Below are positions 1 through 8,683 of a stretch of DNA of 57,947 nucleotides, piece after piece (within the stretch, counting starts at the first letter, position 1; the number at the start of each line of letters is the position of its first letter). Position numbers and translations under genes: made by a program. The DNA lies in the IMG/VR virus record IMGVR_UViG_3300038317_000024, positions 1 through 57,947 of that record; one strand, given 5' to 3'. Under the pieces are notes generated by a model. That model was not told the origin of the DNA, searched no databases, and was given only the letters and a program-made list of their open reading frames with translations. This DNA comes from a virus. Taxonomy: Duplodnaviria > Caudoviricetes.

Positions 1-87
1 AGCCGTATTATAAATGAAGTTGATAATGTAAACCGTGTCGTCTATGACATCACAAGTAAGCCCCCGGCAACTATCGAGTGGGAATAA
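1..87 (+). CDS. guaA: GMP synthase, 3' end (host gene, integration target; partial)
   Basis: Frame 1 reads SRIINEVDNVNRVVYDITSKPPATIEWE*, the conserved GuaA C-terminus. Confidence 0.95.
   Translation, partial: SRIINEVDNVNRVVYDITSKPPATIEWE
72..87 (+). repeat. attL core (TATCGAGTGGGAATAA)
   Basis: 15/16 identical to 57866-57881; overlaps last guaA codons. Confidence 0.9.
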
Positions 88-93
88 CATGAG

Positions 94-140
94 AAAACCC
101 GGGAGCCAGCATGAACACTGGAAACCCGGGTTTATTTTTT
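94..140 (+). terminator. Phage-supplied intrinsic terminator after guaA (possibly also for convergent int)
   Basis: AAACCCGGG 95-103 / CCCGGGTTT 125-133 stem, inner CCAG/CTGG, followed by T-run. Confidence 0.7.
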
Positions 141-143
141 GTA

Positions 144-165
144 AAAGCGTACCGAAAGCGTACCG
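144..165 (+). repeat. Probable integrase arm-type binding sites (2x AAAGCGTACCG)
   Basis: Tandem 11-bp repeat; same motif at 57748-57768 next to attR. Confidence 0.7.
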
Positions 166-168
166 TTT

Positions 169-1311
169 TTAATTTTTATGCTCTTTTTCCACCTTTTCAA
201 GCTCCGAAATGACAGAAGCTGGAGCTTCATTTTTAGGAACCACCTGACTATTCAGATCAGCAGCAACCTGCTCCATTTTATTTGGATACAGATGTGCATA
301 AGTAGACATAGCAACATCGACAGTATCGCCCAGGCGTTCAGCTACAGCAACAATCGAATAGCCAAGTTCAACCAGGAGCGCAGCATGGGAATGCCGGAGA
401 TCATGAATACGGATCCGTTTCACACCGGCCGCATTTGCAGCTTCAGTGAGAGCACGCCCCAGCGTACCTTTCTGGAAGTAGAAAATACGATCACAATCAT
501 CAATATCATAAAGGGCGCCAATATACCGGAGGACTTCATCGTAGAGAAAATCAGGCATTGAAGTATCCCGGTAGCTGTTTTCAGTTTTAGGAGGGCCATT
601 CGTATCCTCACCTTTGCGCCGGTGATGAGTTTTTTCTACGCGTGCAATCTTCGACGAAAGAATATCCGCAGGCTGCAGGGCAAGACACTCGCCCTCACGG
701 AAGCCAAGCCAGTACATGATCATGAAGGCAACCCGGAAACTCCAGTTTGAAACATGAGCCATAGCCTGATTGAATTCATCCAGCGTCCAGAATTTCATTT
801 TTCCTGCCTTTTTCTTTCCCATATACCCAGCAGGGCGGCACGGATTAGACCCAAGGTTATAAAACATGACCGCATAATTAAAGATAGCCGACAGACGGCT
901 ATTAATTGAACGGATATAGGTCTCGGCGTACTTTTTCCCGGTACGAGGATTTATAGCAGACATGACGGTGTTCTGCCAAGTACGAATCGTAACGGCGTCA
1001 ATTTCATTAACCTGCAGCTCACCGAAGTACGGCAGCAACCACTTTTTTATTACACTGTCGGCATTTCCCTGGGTACCTTCCCGGACACGGTGCTCGGCAT
1101 CGCCCTGGTAGAGTTCCACCAGAGAAGCGAAAGACATTTCACAGCTCCGGTTATTCTTCAGGAGGAATTCACGCTCGAAAGATTGGGCATCACCCTTTTT
1201 GTCAAAGCCTTCTTTTTTCTTTTTGCGCTTTTTCCCAGTCCAATCAGTATACCAGAAGGCAGCGTACCACTTTTTAGATCCGCTTTTAGTTTCGTATTTA
1301 TAAACAGGCAA
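169..1311 (-). CDS. int: Tyrosine integrase with N-terminal arm-binding domain
   Basis: GFREGE (R), HDLRHSH (HxxR), RLGD..STYAH (Y); N-terminal WYAAFWYTDWTGKKR; probable TTG start at 1311, 6 nt after GGAGGT. Confidence 0.93.
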   Translation of the reverse strand: MPVYKYETKSGSKKWYAAFWYTDWTGKKRKKKKEGFDKKGDAQSFEREFLLKNNRSCEMSFASLVELYQGDAEHRVREGTQGNADSVIKKWLLPYFGELQVNEIDAVTIRTWQNTVMSAINPRTGKKYAETYIRSINSRLSAIFNYAVMFYNLGSNPCRPAGYMGKKKAGKMKFWTLDEFNQAMAHVSNWSFRVAFMIMYWLGFREGECLALQPADILSSKIARVEKTHHRRKGEDTNGPPKTENSYRDTSMPDFLYDEVLRYIGALYDIDDCDRIFYFQKGTLGRALTEAANAAGVKRIRIHDLRHSHAALLVELGYSIVAVAERLGDTVDVAMSTYAHLYPNKMEQVAADLNSQVVPKNEAPASVISELEKVEKEHKN

Positions 1312-1330
1312 GCGCATACCTCCTTTCACA

Positions 1331-1370
1331 AAAGCCCCAGCCACCACAAAACGGCCAGGGCTTATTTTTT
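1331..1370. terminator. Hairpin/terminator between the PH-like gene and int
   Basis: AAGCCCCAGCC 1332-1342 / GGCCAGGGCTT 1353-1363, flanked by A- and T-runs. Confidence 0.5.
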
Positions 1371-1379
1371 ATGTACGGA

Positions 1380-1724
1380 TCATTCAACCGCAGAGCCGGA
1401 CAATACGTTATTAAAAGCAATTTCCCATTCAAGGTACTTTGTAACAGCAAACTTATAAGAATCGCCGCCCTTTGTTTCAACAACAAGTACATTACTACTG
1501 AAGCCCTGCTTGCCACGAGAAACCCCTTTTATAGCAGGGATAGGAATTTCAAATTCATAGTCACCCTGGGTAAGGTTAACCAGGGCACCAATGGCGATGA
1601 TTTTCGAGAGCTTATGACGAGAGTAAACAAACCGCTTATCGGTCAGGATCCCTCGCCCGTTTTGCACATTGAAAGTACCCTTTACACGATTAGCGAGCCC
1701 TTCCATAACAATTTTTTCTTGCAT
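1380..1724 (-). CDS. PH/GRAM-like beta-domain protein, lysogeny module
   Basis: GRGILTDKRFVY..FEIPIPAIKGV..VLVVETKGGDSYKF pattern; GGAGG RBS. Confidence 0.55.
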   Translation of the reverse strand: MQEKIVMEGLANRVKGTFNVQNGRGILTDKRFVYSRHKLSKIIAIGALVNLTQGDYEFEIPIPAIKGVSRGKQGFSSNVLVVETKGGDSYKFAVTKYLEWEIAFNNVLSGSAVE

Positions 1725-1735
1725 TTCAACACCTC

Positions 1736-2143
1736 CTAAATTTGAGAAAACAACTCCTTCAGGTATTCATAATTTGCAGGAGCCAGAGCCTGGGAAGCGA
1801 CAACGATCTGGATCCATTGATCCATCTGAGCACGACGGCCGCGTTCAGTTTTTAGAGATTGACAGAACTCCCACTCGTAGTCAAAAGACCTTTTAATCGC
1901 AATATTAAAAATCCGATCACGCCGGAGCTGCAGATCTCCCAGTTGAGATTTGAAATCACTATGTAAAAGATCAGCGGCAGCCAAATCATCTTCAGGAGCA
2001 GCAGCCAGCTGGGCAAGAGAATGCTCTGCAGCAAAGTAAGAAGAAACAAAATCACTAAAAACAAAAGCCTCACTCGCGGAGTTTGAATTTTCGACAAACG
2101 CATTATACCAATTCTTTAATTCAACAACAGGAACCATAACCAC
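1736..2143 (-). CDS. Hypothetical protein, lysogeny module
   Basis: 135-aa ORF co-oriented with and between repressor and PH-like gene. Confidence 0.55.
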   Translation of the reverse strand: MVMVPVVELKNWYNAFVENSNSASEAFVFSDFVSSYFAAEHSLAQLAAAPEDDLAAADLLHSDFKSQLGDLQLRRDRIFNIAIKRSFDYEWEFCQSLKTERGRRAQMDQWIQIVVASQALAPANYEYLKELFSQI

Positions 2144-2190
2144 CCCACCCTTTCAGTCCCAAAATACAAAATGAAGATGCAATTCACGTT

Positions 2191-2604
2191 TTAGGCTTTC
2201 TCTTTGAAATCTACCATGGAATCGCCAGATTTGACTTCATCAAGAGTTTTTAACATTTCAACATAGTCGGCAGCTTTTTCCTTTGCTTTAGGAGAGAGTC
2301 CGTCGAGCTTTTTAATGAGATCCTTATCGCCGGACGAAAGAACCGTAGCAGCAACTGGTTTTGATTTAGAAGTACCAGATGCAGGGCGAGCGCGACCCAT
2401 TTCATCGGAGAGACCCAGTATGAAATCAGCGGAGACGTCGTACAGTTCAATAAGCGCCCTCACCGTTTCAGGATCCGGAGAAGTCGTATTATTTTCGTAG
2501 CGCGAAAGAGATTTATTATTTAGGTTAATCGCGTTATAAACATCAAGTTGAGTAAGACCCGCACGCTCACGAGCCATGCGAAGACGTTCTCCAAAAGTGA
2601 TCAT
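2191..2604 (-). CDS. CI-like XRE-family repressor (no peptidase domain)
   Basis: FGERLRMARERAGLTQ..LSRYENN..P..YDVSADFILG HTH; divergent from cro-like gene. Confidence 0.88.
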   Translation of the reverse strand: MITFGERLRMARERAGLTQLDVYNAINLNNKSLSRYENNTTSPDPETVRALIELYDVSADFILGLSDEMGRARPASGTSKSKPVAATVLSSGDKDLIKKLDGLSPKAKEKAADYVEMLKTLDEVKSGDSMVDFKEKA

Positions 2605-2624
2605 AGAAACACCTCCAATATCAC

Positions 2625-2653
2625 ATTATATACCATTTCGCAGGTTTTGAGAA
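2625..2653 (-). promoter_or_regulatory. Possible leftward (repressor) promoter
   Basis: Minus-strand TATAAT at 2625-2630; weak -35 TTCTCA 17 bp upstream, overlapping an operator. Confidence 0.5.
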
Positions 2654-2738
2654 TAAATTTCTCAATAAAATAGAATTAAGTATTGACTTCTCGGAAATCG
2701 AGTAGTAAAATAGCCATAGGCTTCTCAATAAATGAGAA
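2637..2738. promoter_or_regulatory. Four 17-bp operators, consensus TTCTCA-N5-TGAGAA (2637, 2659, 2688, 2722)
   Basis: TTCGCAggtttTGAGAA, TTCTCAataaaATAGAA, TTCTCGgaaatCGAGTA, TTCTCAataaaTGAGAA in the repressor/cro intergenic region. Confidence 0.8.
2683..2711 (+). promoter_or_regulatory. Rightward early (lytic) sigmaA promoter
   Basis: TTGACT-17 bp-TAAAAT with an operator in the spacer. Confidence 0.8.
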
Positions 2739-2758
2739 ACGAAAGGAGGGCGAACAGA

Positions 2759-2983
2759 ATGAAGCCAATGTACCAGAGACTCCGAGAATATCGCGAGAGT
2801 AAAGGAATAACCCAGACACACATTGCAAAACAAACTGGAAAGACCACGCAAAGGATAAGCGCACTGGAAACAGGCGGCATCCGATTAACGGTCGACGAGT
2901 TCGAGGAGATTTGTGTAAAAGGCTACGGTGTCAACCCTGCCATTTTTTTTACAGAACACTTCTCAAAAAGTGAGAACCAATAA
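2759..2983 (+). CDS. Cro-like HTH regulator
   Basis: RLREYRESKGITQTHIAKQTG..ISALETG; AAAGGAGG RBS before ATG 2759. Confidence 0.85.
   Translation: MKPMYQRLREYRESKGITQTHIAKQTGKTTQRISALETGGIRLTVDEFEEICVKGYGVNPAIFFTEHFSKSENQ
2960..2976. promoter_or_regulatory. Fifth operator at the end of cro
   Basis: TTCTCAaaaagTGAGAA, perfect consensus. Confidence 0.7.
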
Positions 2984-3048
2984 CCATACTATAGCCAACA
3001 TTGAGAACTTTTATACCGTAATTTTATCGCAGGGAGGTGAAAAGATAT

Positions 3049-3528
3049 ATGGCCAAAAAAGCCACGAAAGCAGCGGACAATAACTTTTATAAAGCACGAA
3101 TGGAAGCGGCATCGTTCAACGACAGCTTCAATAGCAGAGAAGGAGCAGCAGAAATACTCGGAATTGACCGCACCAGGCTCGCACGAATAGAACTCGGCAG
3201 CTTAAGCCCATACCCGGAAGAAGTTCTACTGATGAGCGACGCATACAACGCACCAGAGCTAAACAATTACTTTTGCTCAAGAATGTGCCCGCTTGGATGC
3301 CAGACAGTAACACCAGCAGAGCTCCTTCACCTTGACAGGCTAACGATACGGATTTTATCAGCGCTTGGAAACGCAGAGTTCATTCAAGAAACCATTATCG
3401 AAATTGTAAAAGACGGAAAAGTGACAGAGGACGAACAACCACAGGTCGACAAGATACTAACAGCACTTGAAAAGATTTCAAAAGCCGCCATCGAGATGAA
3501 GCTGTGGGTAGAGAAAAACATAAAATAG
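3049..3528 (+). CDS. Phage HTH regulatory protein (XRE-like N-terminus)
   Basis: SREGAAEILGIDRTRLARIELG HTH; YFCSRMCPLG; DGKVTEDE C-terminus. Confidence 0.7.
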   Translation: MAKKATKAADNNFYKARMEAASFNDSFNSREGAAEILGIDRTRLARIELGSLSPYPEEVLLMSDAYNAPELNNYFCSRMCPLGCQTVTPAELLHLDRLTIRILSALGNAEFIQETIIEIVKDGKVTEDEQPQVDKILTALEKISKAAIEMKLWVEKNIK

Positions 3529-3538
3529 GAGGCTTGAG

Positions 3539-3727
3539 ATGGAGAGCAAAACAGAGGAAAAGGCAATGTTTGTAAGAGTGGAGGAGGTAGCCGAGCTGCT
3601 GGACATTTCAGAAAGCCACGCCTACAAGATTATGAGAGAACTTAACGCAGAATTGAGACGCAAAGGCAAGATCACAAACGCAGGCCGAGTTTCACGCCGG
3701 TACCTGGAAGAGCGGCTCTACTGTTAA
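3539..3727 (+). CDS. Excisionase-like small HTH protein
   Basis: VEEVAELLDISESHAYKIMRELNAEL..GRVSRRYLEERLY resembles Firmicutes ICE/phage Xis proteins. Confidence 0.7.
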   Translation: MESKTEEKAMFVRVEEVAELLDISESHAYKIMRELNAELRRKGKITNAGRVSRRYLEERLYC

Positions 3728-3741
3728 CAGGAGGACAAGCC

Positions 3742-4389
3742 ATGAGGCACTTTAAAAAAACAACGACCTTACTTTTGACAACAGCGCTACTTTTAGCAGG
3801 GAGAGCAATACTCGACATCAACGCAGAGGGAAGTGAAGCGATAACAGTCAGCAGCACCCAAATAGAAAGGGTTCAGGTAATACAAACCAAAGAACCAGAA
3901 CCGACCATAACTGCAGCGAGGATCACACAGGAGCCAACAGCGACACCAACGCCAGAACCAGCGGCCAGGATTTACGACATACCACTGGCAAAGGAGCTTC
4001 AGGAATACACCTTCAACCTTTGCCAAGAAAACAACCTGGACTACGAATTCACACTGGCGGTCATGGAACAGGAGAGCGACTACCAGGAGAAGGCGATAAG
4101 CAAGACAAACGACTACGGGATCATGCAGATCAACAAAATAAATCACGAATGGCTGAGTGAAGAACTGGGAATTGACGACTTTCTGGACGCGGAGCAGAAC
4201 ATACTCGCAGGAGTGAAAATGCTTTCAGACTTAATAACCAAGTACGAAGACCCACACAAAGCTTTGATGGCTTACAATGCCGGAGAAGCTGGAGCAAAGA
4301 AGCACTGGGATAAAGGAACAACTACCAGCGGATACAGCCGGGAGGTTATGACCAGAACAGAAGAACTAAAAGAGGAGGGGAAACAATGA
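3742..4389 (+). CDS. Exported lytic transglycosylase (SLT domain)
   Basis: Signal-like N-terminus, PT/EP-rich linker, motifs EQES, YGIMQIN, AYNAG. Confidence 0.8.
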   Translation: MRHFKKTTTLLLTTALLLAGRAILDINAEGSEAITVSSTQIERVQVIQTKEPEPTITAARITQEPTATPTPEPAARIYDIPLAKELQEYTFNLCQENNLDYEFTLAVMEQESDYQEKAISKTNDYGIMQINKINHEWLSEELGIDDFLDAEQNILAGVKMLSDLITKYEDPHKALMAYNAGEAGAKKHWDKGTTTSGYSREVMTRTEELKEEGKQ

Positions 4390-4985
4390 AATCAGACTTC
4401 ACATACCACACCATAGAATCACAAGGCATAAACGTCCTGGTGATCATAGACTTAGACCAGGGAGGAACCAGCGTAACAAACAACGCAGAGGCAGTAGTTA
4501 AGAGCATAGCAGCAGAGCTTGGAGAACAGACATTCAAAATGCCGATTATTTACCGAGACAGCGAAGGTACATACGACGGAATCGACGGAACGTACCTGGA
4601 AGACCCATTCTACAGCATAGGAAGCACAAAAGAAGACAGCGCAGCATACGAGGCAGCAGCAAGATACTGGACACAAAACATTATTCACTTTTCAGGACGC
4701 AGAGCCTGGAAACGAGGAGACAGAGACGAAATCATCAAGGTACCAGAAAAGCTTCAAGAGATACAAAACACCTGGGCAAAATGGCAAAACGCATACGGAG
4801 ACAAAGGAAGCTGCGTATTAGGAGCAGGCTTTGAATTCGACTATGAAGGCAAGAAATACAGCATGCCACCAATTGGATCATGGCAAGGGAGCTGCAGCTG
4901 GGAGGTAAGCAAAGATCAGGTAGAAGAACTTCTGACAGAGGCAGGAGCCACCAACATTCAATACCACTGGGGACACATGGACTAA
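4386..4985 (+). CDS. Hypothetical protein
   Basis: 199-aa ORF, ATGA overlap, RBS. Confidence 0.7.
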   Translation: MKSDFTYHTIESQGINVLVIIDLDQGGTSVTNNAEAVVKSIAAELGEQTFKMPIIYRDSEGTYDGIDGTYLEDPFYSIGSTKEDSAAYEAAARYWTQNIIHFSGRRAWKRGDRDEIIKVPEKLQEIQNTWAKWQNAYGDKGSCVLGAGFEFDYEGKKYSMPPIGSWQGSCSWEVSKDQVEELLTEAGATNIQYHWGHMD

Positions 4986-4999
4986 AAGGAGGAAAAGGG

Positions 5000-5134
5000 A
5001 TGCACCAATACAAATGCGACAGCTGCGGAGCGTCGCTCGATCCGGGCGAAAGATGCGACTGCAGCACAGAAAAACAAAACGCGCCTGACCAGGCAAAAAA
5101 GAAGGAGGAAGAGACATGCAAGAAAACAGCATAG
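5000..5134 (+). CDS. Small zinc-ribbon protein
   Basis: MHQYKCDSCGASLDPGERCDC; AGGAGG RBS. Confidence 0.6.
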   Translation: MHQYKCDSCGASLDPGERCDCSTEKQNAPDQAKKKEEETCKKTA

Positions 5135-5379
5135 CGACCAATATTATCAAGCTGCGCTTCATAAGGAACGGAGAGCCATCTGGAAGAGAATACACCTACT
5201 ACACGCCGGTAGAGGTAGCGGTAGGAGACACGGTAGAGATGGAAGCCAGAGAAGGCATAGCCAAAGGCATGGTAACCCAAATAAACGTACCAGAAGAAGA
5301 AATAGCACCTTTTAAGGACAGAGCAAAGACCATCATCGGAAAGGCGCAGATCAAAGAAGAGGAGGCAGCGGCAGAATGA
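5116..5379 (+). CDS. Hypothetical protein
   Basis: ORF with GGAGG RBS in early operon. Confidence 0.7.
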   Translation: MQENSIATNIIKLRFIRNGEPSGREYTYYTPVEVAVGDTVEMEAREGIAKGMVTQINVPEEEIAPFKDRAKTIIGKAQIKEEEAAAE

Positions 5380-5681
5380 ACAACAGGATAAAGAAAAAGC
5401 CCCTTCGATTAAGAAGGAGCGTAAAAGCAGGATTTAAGTTAGGAATTTTAATTTTAACAGCAATATGCACGGTTGAAATCGCAAAGCTCGGGTGGGAAGC
5501 ATTCACGAGCAGGATCGGAGCACCGGGCGGCGAGCTTTTGATTATACCGCTTACAGTCCTGCTTTTTTACACAGGATGGACAGCAAGAAGGGAATGGACA
5601 GCTTTCAAGAGAGCCTACAGAGAGGCCGAGAGGAGAGAATACCATGCAAGCTCAACTAACAGACCAGCTTATAAGGGATGA
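5376..5681 (+). CDS. Hypothetical membrane protein
   Basis: Two hydrophobic segments; ATGA overlap. Confidence 0.65.
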   Translation: MNNRIKKKPLRLRRSVKAGFKLGILILTAICTVEIAKLGWEAFTSRIGAPGGELLIIPLTVLLFYTGWTARREWTAFKRAYREAERREYHASSTNRPAYKG

Positions 5682-5928
5682 GGCGGCAATATTCCTGGGG
5701 AGAACACCAACTGACGAGGAAATGACACAGGCACTACCCAGAGCCACAAAGAAGCTCCGCTGGATCATTGACAGAGATGGAGACCCCGACGGAATGAGAC
5801 GCCAGCCCTGGTACCTTGGAAAACTGGTAGAAGAAGCAATAATCGAAAACGAATTTTCACTGTACACCATGGCAAGATGCCTGGAAATACAAGCACGGAG
5901 AGAAGCGGCTGCAGCATGCGAAAATTAA
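5644..5928 (+). CDS. Hypothetical protein
   Basis: ORF with AGGAG RBS. Confidence 0.65.
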   Translation: MQAQLTDQLIRDEAAIFLGRTPTDEEMTQALPRATKKLRWIIDRDGDPDGMRRQPWYLGKLVEEAIIENEFSLYTMARCLEIQARREAAAACEN

Positions 5929-6026
5929 AAGGCCGCCCCATAAAGGGACGACCCAACCACACCAGAATTATATCGCCAAACAAGCAGCTTGTCAATCCGG
6001 AGCTGAAAAATTAGGAGGATGGCAAA

Positions 6027-7997
6027 ATGAAGTTATTAACATTAAGGCTTGAAAACTTCCAAGGCCTAAAGAAGGAAGAATTCAAGTTCAATGGCCACAG
6101 CGCCAGCATTTACGGCGACAACGCCACAGGAAAAACGACAGTATTCAACGCAATCACATGGCTACTTTTTGACAAAGCAAGCACAGGAGCCAAGAACTAC
6201 ACGCCGAAGACAAAAGGCCCAGACGGAGACCTTCACTACCTCGACCACGCAGCAGAGGCAGCATTCAAGCTAACAGACGGCAGGATCGTAACCCTGCGCA
6301 AGGTTTACCACGAAGTCTACAAGAAAAAAAGAGGCTCATCCACAGAAGAGTTCGATGGTCACACAACAGATTACTTCATAGACGGAGTACCAAGCAACGA
6401 AAAGGAATACACAGCAACCATGATCGCCCTTTGCGGAGGCAGCACAGAGAAAATGAAGATGCTTACCATGCCAAACTACTTCCCGGAAGAAATGAAATGG
6501 GAAGACAGAAGGAAGATCCTGCTGGAGATTTGCGGAGACGTTACAGACGAAGACGTAATAACCAGCACAACAGAGCTCAAAGAGCTGCCAGGCTTCCTAC
6601 TAATGCCGGGCACCACGAACCAGCACTACACAGTAGACGAATACAAGAAGATAGCCGGAGCCAAGAAGACCGAAATCAACAAACAGCTACAGGATATACC
6701 GGGAAGAATAGACGAAGCCCAAAGGGCAATGCCAGACATTAAGGGACTTGACGTAAAAGCCATTGACGCAAAGATAAAGGAACTCAATGCCCAGAAGGGT
6801 GACCTCGAAACAGAAAAGGCGCAGGCATTAAACGGAGACCTTACAACGGTAGCCATTAGGAACCAGATATCAGAAGCCAACGCCAAGCTGGCGGAGGCCA
6901 GAGCAGCATACGCCACAAAGAGCAGCAGCCTGAATGAAGGAACATATACAGCAATAGCCAGCCTGAAAAAGGAGCAGATCTCGATTAAAAACCGTCTTCA
7001 GGACGCCAAGACAGACCTGGAAAGAAGCCAAAGGGCAGTAGATAGATTAAACAGCCACAGAGACAGCCTGGTAAGCGACTACATGGCAGTACAGAAGGAA
7101 ACATGGGACGAAGGCAACGAAGCCTGCCCGACATGCCACAGACCACTACCAGAGGAAGAGATCCAGAAGTTACGCGAAGCATTCAACCTTCAAAAGAGTA
7201 AACGCCTGGAGAAAATAAACCTTCAAGGACAAAAAGAAGCCAGCAAAGAGATGATCACAGAGCAGACTGACAAGATAAAAGAGCTCAAGGAGCAAATAAA
7301 GCAGGACGAACCAATCGTAGAAGACTACGAACAGCAAATAGCAGCCCTTCAGAATCAGCTGCAGACACCGGCACCATTTGAGAGCACCGAAGAATATGCC
7401 AAAATTACCGCCCAGATTGCCGCTTATCGCAACGAAGTGAACGACACAGGTAAAAGGACGGAAACAATCGCAGCGGGCTTCACAGAGAAAATACAAGCCT
7501 TGTACGAAGAAATAAGGGCACAGGAGACCCTGAAGACCAACATAGCCATAGCAGCCAGTCAAGCAGAGAGGATCAAAGAGCTGGAGGCCAGAGAGAAGGA
7601 ACTTTCACAGCAATACGAGACACTGGAACAAGGAATATACCTTTGCGAGGTCTTCATCAAGACCAAGGTCAACCTTTTAACAGACCGAATAAACAGCAAA
7701 TTCCAGAGTGTACGCTTCAGGCTTTTCATAGAGCAACAGAACGGCGGAGTTAAAGAAGACTGCGAGGTCATGATACCGGCCGAGGGAGGCAGGATGGTAC
7801 CTTTCACCTTTGCAAACAACGCGGCAAGGATTAACGCAGGACTGGAGATCATCGACGCATTATCAACCCACTGGAACCTGGCAATGCCGGTTTTTGTAGA
7901 CAACGCCGAGAGCGTAACAAGGCTCCTGCAGATGGACACCCAGGTAATACGCCTGGTAGTTTCAGAGGCAGATCAGAAATTAAGACTGGAGGCATAA
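6027..7997 (+). CDS. SMC/Rad50-like ATPase with coiled coil and zinc hook
   Basis: Walker A GDNATGKTT, central CPTC, long coiled coil, Walker B VFVDNAES. Confidence 0.85.
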   Translation: MKLLTLRLENFQGLKKEEFKFNGHSASIYGDNATGKTTVFNAITWLLFDKASTGAKNYTPKTKGPDGDLHYLDHAAEAAFKLTDGRIVTLRKVYHEVYKKKRGSSTEEFDGHTTDYFIDGVPSNEKEYTATMIALCGGSTEKMKMLTMPNYFPEEMKWEDRRKILLEICGDVTDEDVITSTTELKELPGFLLMPGTTNQHYTVDEYKKIAGAKKTEINKQLQDIPGRIDEAQRAMPDIKGLDVKAIDAKIKELNAQKGDLETEKAQALNGDLTTVAIRNQISEANAKLAEARAAYATKSSSLNEGTYTAIASLKKEQISIKNRLQDAKTDLERSQRAVDRLNSHRDSLVSDYMAVQKETWDEGNEACPTCHRPLPEEEIQKLREAFNLQKSKRLEKINLQGQKEASKEMITEQTDKIKELKEQIKQDEPIVEDYEQQIAALQNQLQTPAPFESTEEYAKITAQIAAYRNEVNDTGKRTETIAAGFTEKIQALYEEIRAQETLKTNIAIAASQAERIKELEAREKELSQQYETLEQGIYLCEVFIKTKVNLLTDRINSKFQSVRFRLFIEQQNGGVKEDCEVMIPAEGGRMVPFTFANNAARINAGLEIIDALSTHWNLAMPVFVDNAESVTRLLQMDTQVIRLVVSEADQKLRLEA

Positions 7998-7999
7998 AC

Positions 8000-8284
8000 A
8001 TGAACAGCGAAACAGCAAGGCAGGAAGGCGGACATTTAAAACTTTTTAAAATACTCGGCATGACACCAGAAGGGACATGCCCGGAATGCGCAACAGCCCA
8101 TCCAGAATGGCAGCCGCACAACCAGCAGAGCCTCACCTACCAATATAAATTCTACGACAAGCACGGACGCTTCCCGACATGGGCAGACGCAATGGAACAC
8201 TGCAGCGAAACCGTCAAGGGGCTCTGGAAGGCAGAGCTCCTCAAGAAGGGAATAAAGGTAGGCGAGCCGCAGCCCAAGATTTGA
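8000..8284 (+). CDS. Hypothetical protein (CxxC)
   Basis: CPECATAH..PHN; RBS. Confidence 0.7.
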   Translation: MNSETARQEGGHLKLFKILGMTPEGTCPECATAHPEWQPHNQQSLTYQYKFYDKHGRFPTWADAMEHCSETVKGLWKAELLKKGIKVGEPQPKI

Positions 8285-8293
8285 GGTGACAAT

Positions 8294-8482
8294 TTGGAAA
8301 ATGAGATATTCACAATCAAGGCAAGACGATGTAAGAGATGCGGAGGCATTCTAACCAGCAAGGCAGCGGTCGAAGAAGGATACGGCCACGTTTGCAAAAT
8401 GAAAACTCACGCAGAGGAAGAGGCGAAGAAGCCATTAGACGGCCAGATGAACCTGCTGGATTACTACAACAAGGAGGAATGA
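8294..8482 (+). CDS. Small zinc-finger protein (DUF6011-like)
   Basis: RCKRCGGILT..GYGHVC. Confidence 0.6.
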   Translation: MENEIFTIKARRCKRCGGILTSKAAVEEGYGHVCKMKTHAEEEAKKPLDGQMNLLDYYNKEE

Positions 8483-8484
8483 CC

Positions 8485-8670
8485 ATGCACAGCTTCAAGG
8501 ATAAACGCGGCGGGCTTTGGATAGCATGCTCCGAGTGCGAACGAGGAGGAAACGGCAGCGACCCAGACAAGTGCTCCTGTGGATGGAGAGTTAAAAAATT
8601 CAACCAAAAAGGGTGCTTTTCAGGAACCCTGATGGAGAAATACAAAGAACAACCAATAAAACAAATTTAA
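8485..8670 (+). CDS. Small Cys-rich hypothetical protein
   Basis: AGGAGG RBS; CSEC..CSCG..GCF. Confidence 0.55.
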   Translation: MHSFKDKRGGLWIACSECERGGNGSDPDKCSCGWRVKKFNQKGCFSGTLMEKYKEQPIKQI

Positions 8671-8683
8671 GGAGGAAACCACA

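Noticed and set aside
1312-1347. Integrase N-terminal extension given in the ORF track
   Set aside because: It overlaps the RBS and hairpin; TTG at 1311 has proper RBS spacing
2587-2603. Sixth operator at the repressor start (TTCTCCaaaagTGATCA)
   Set aside because: Three mismatches to consensus and inside coding sequence; may be chance
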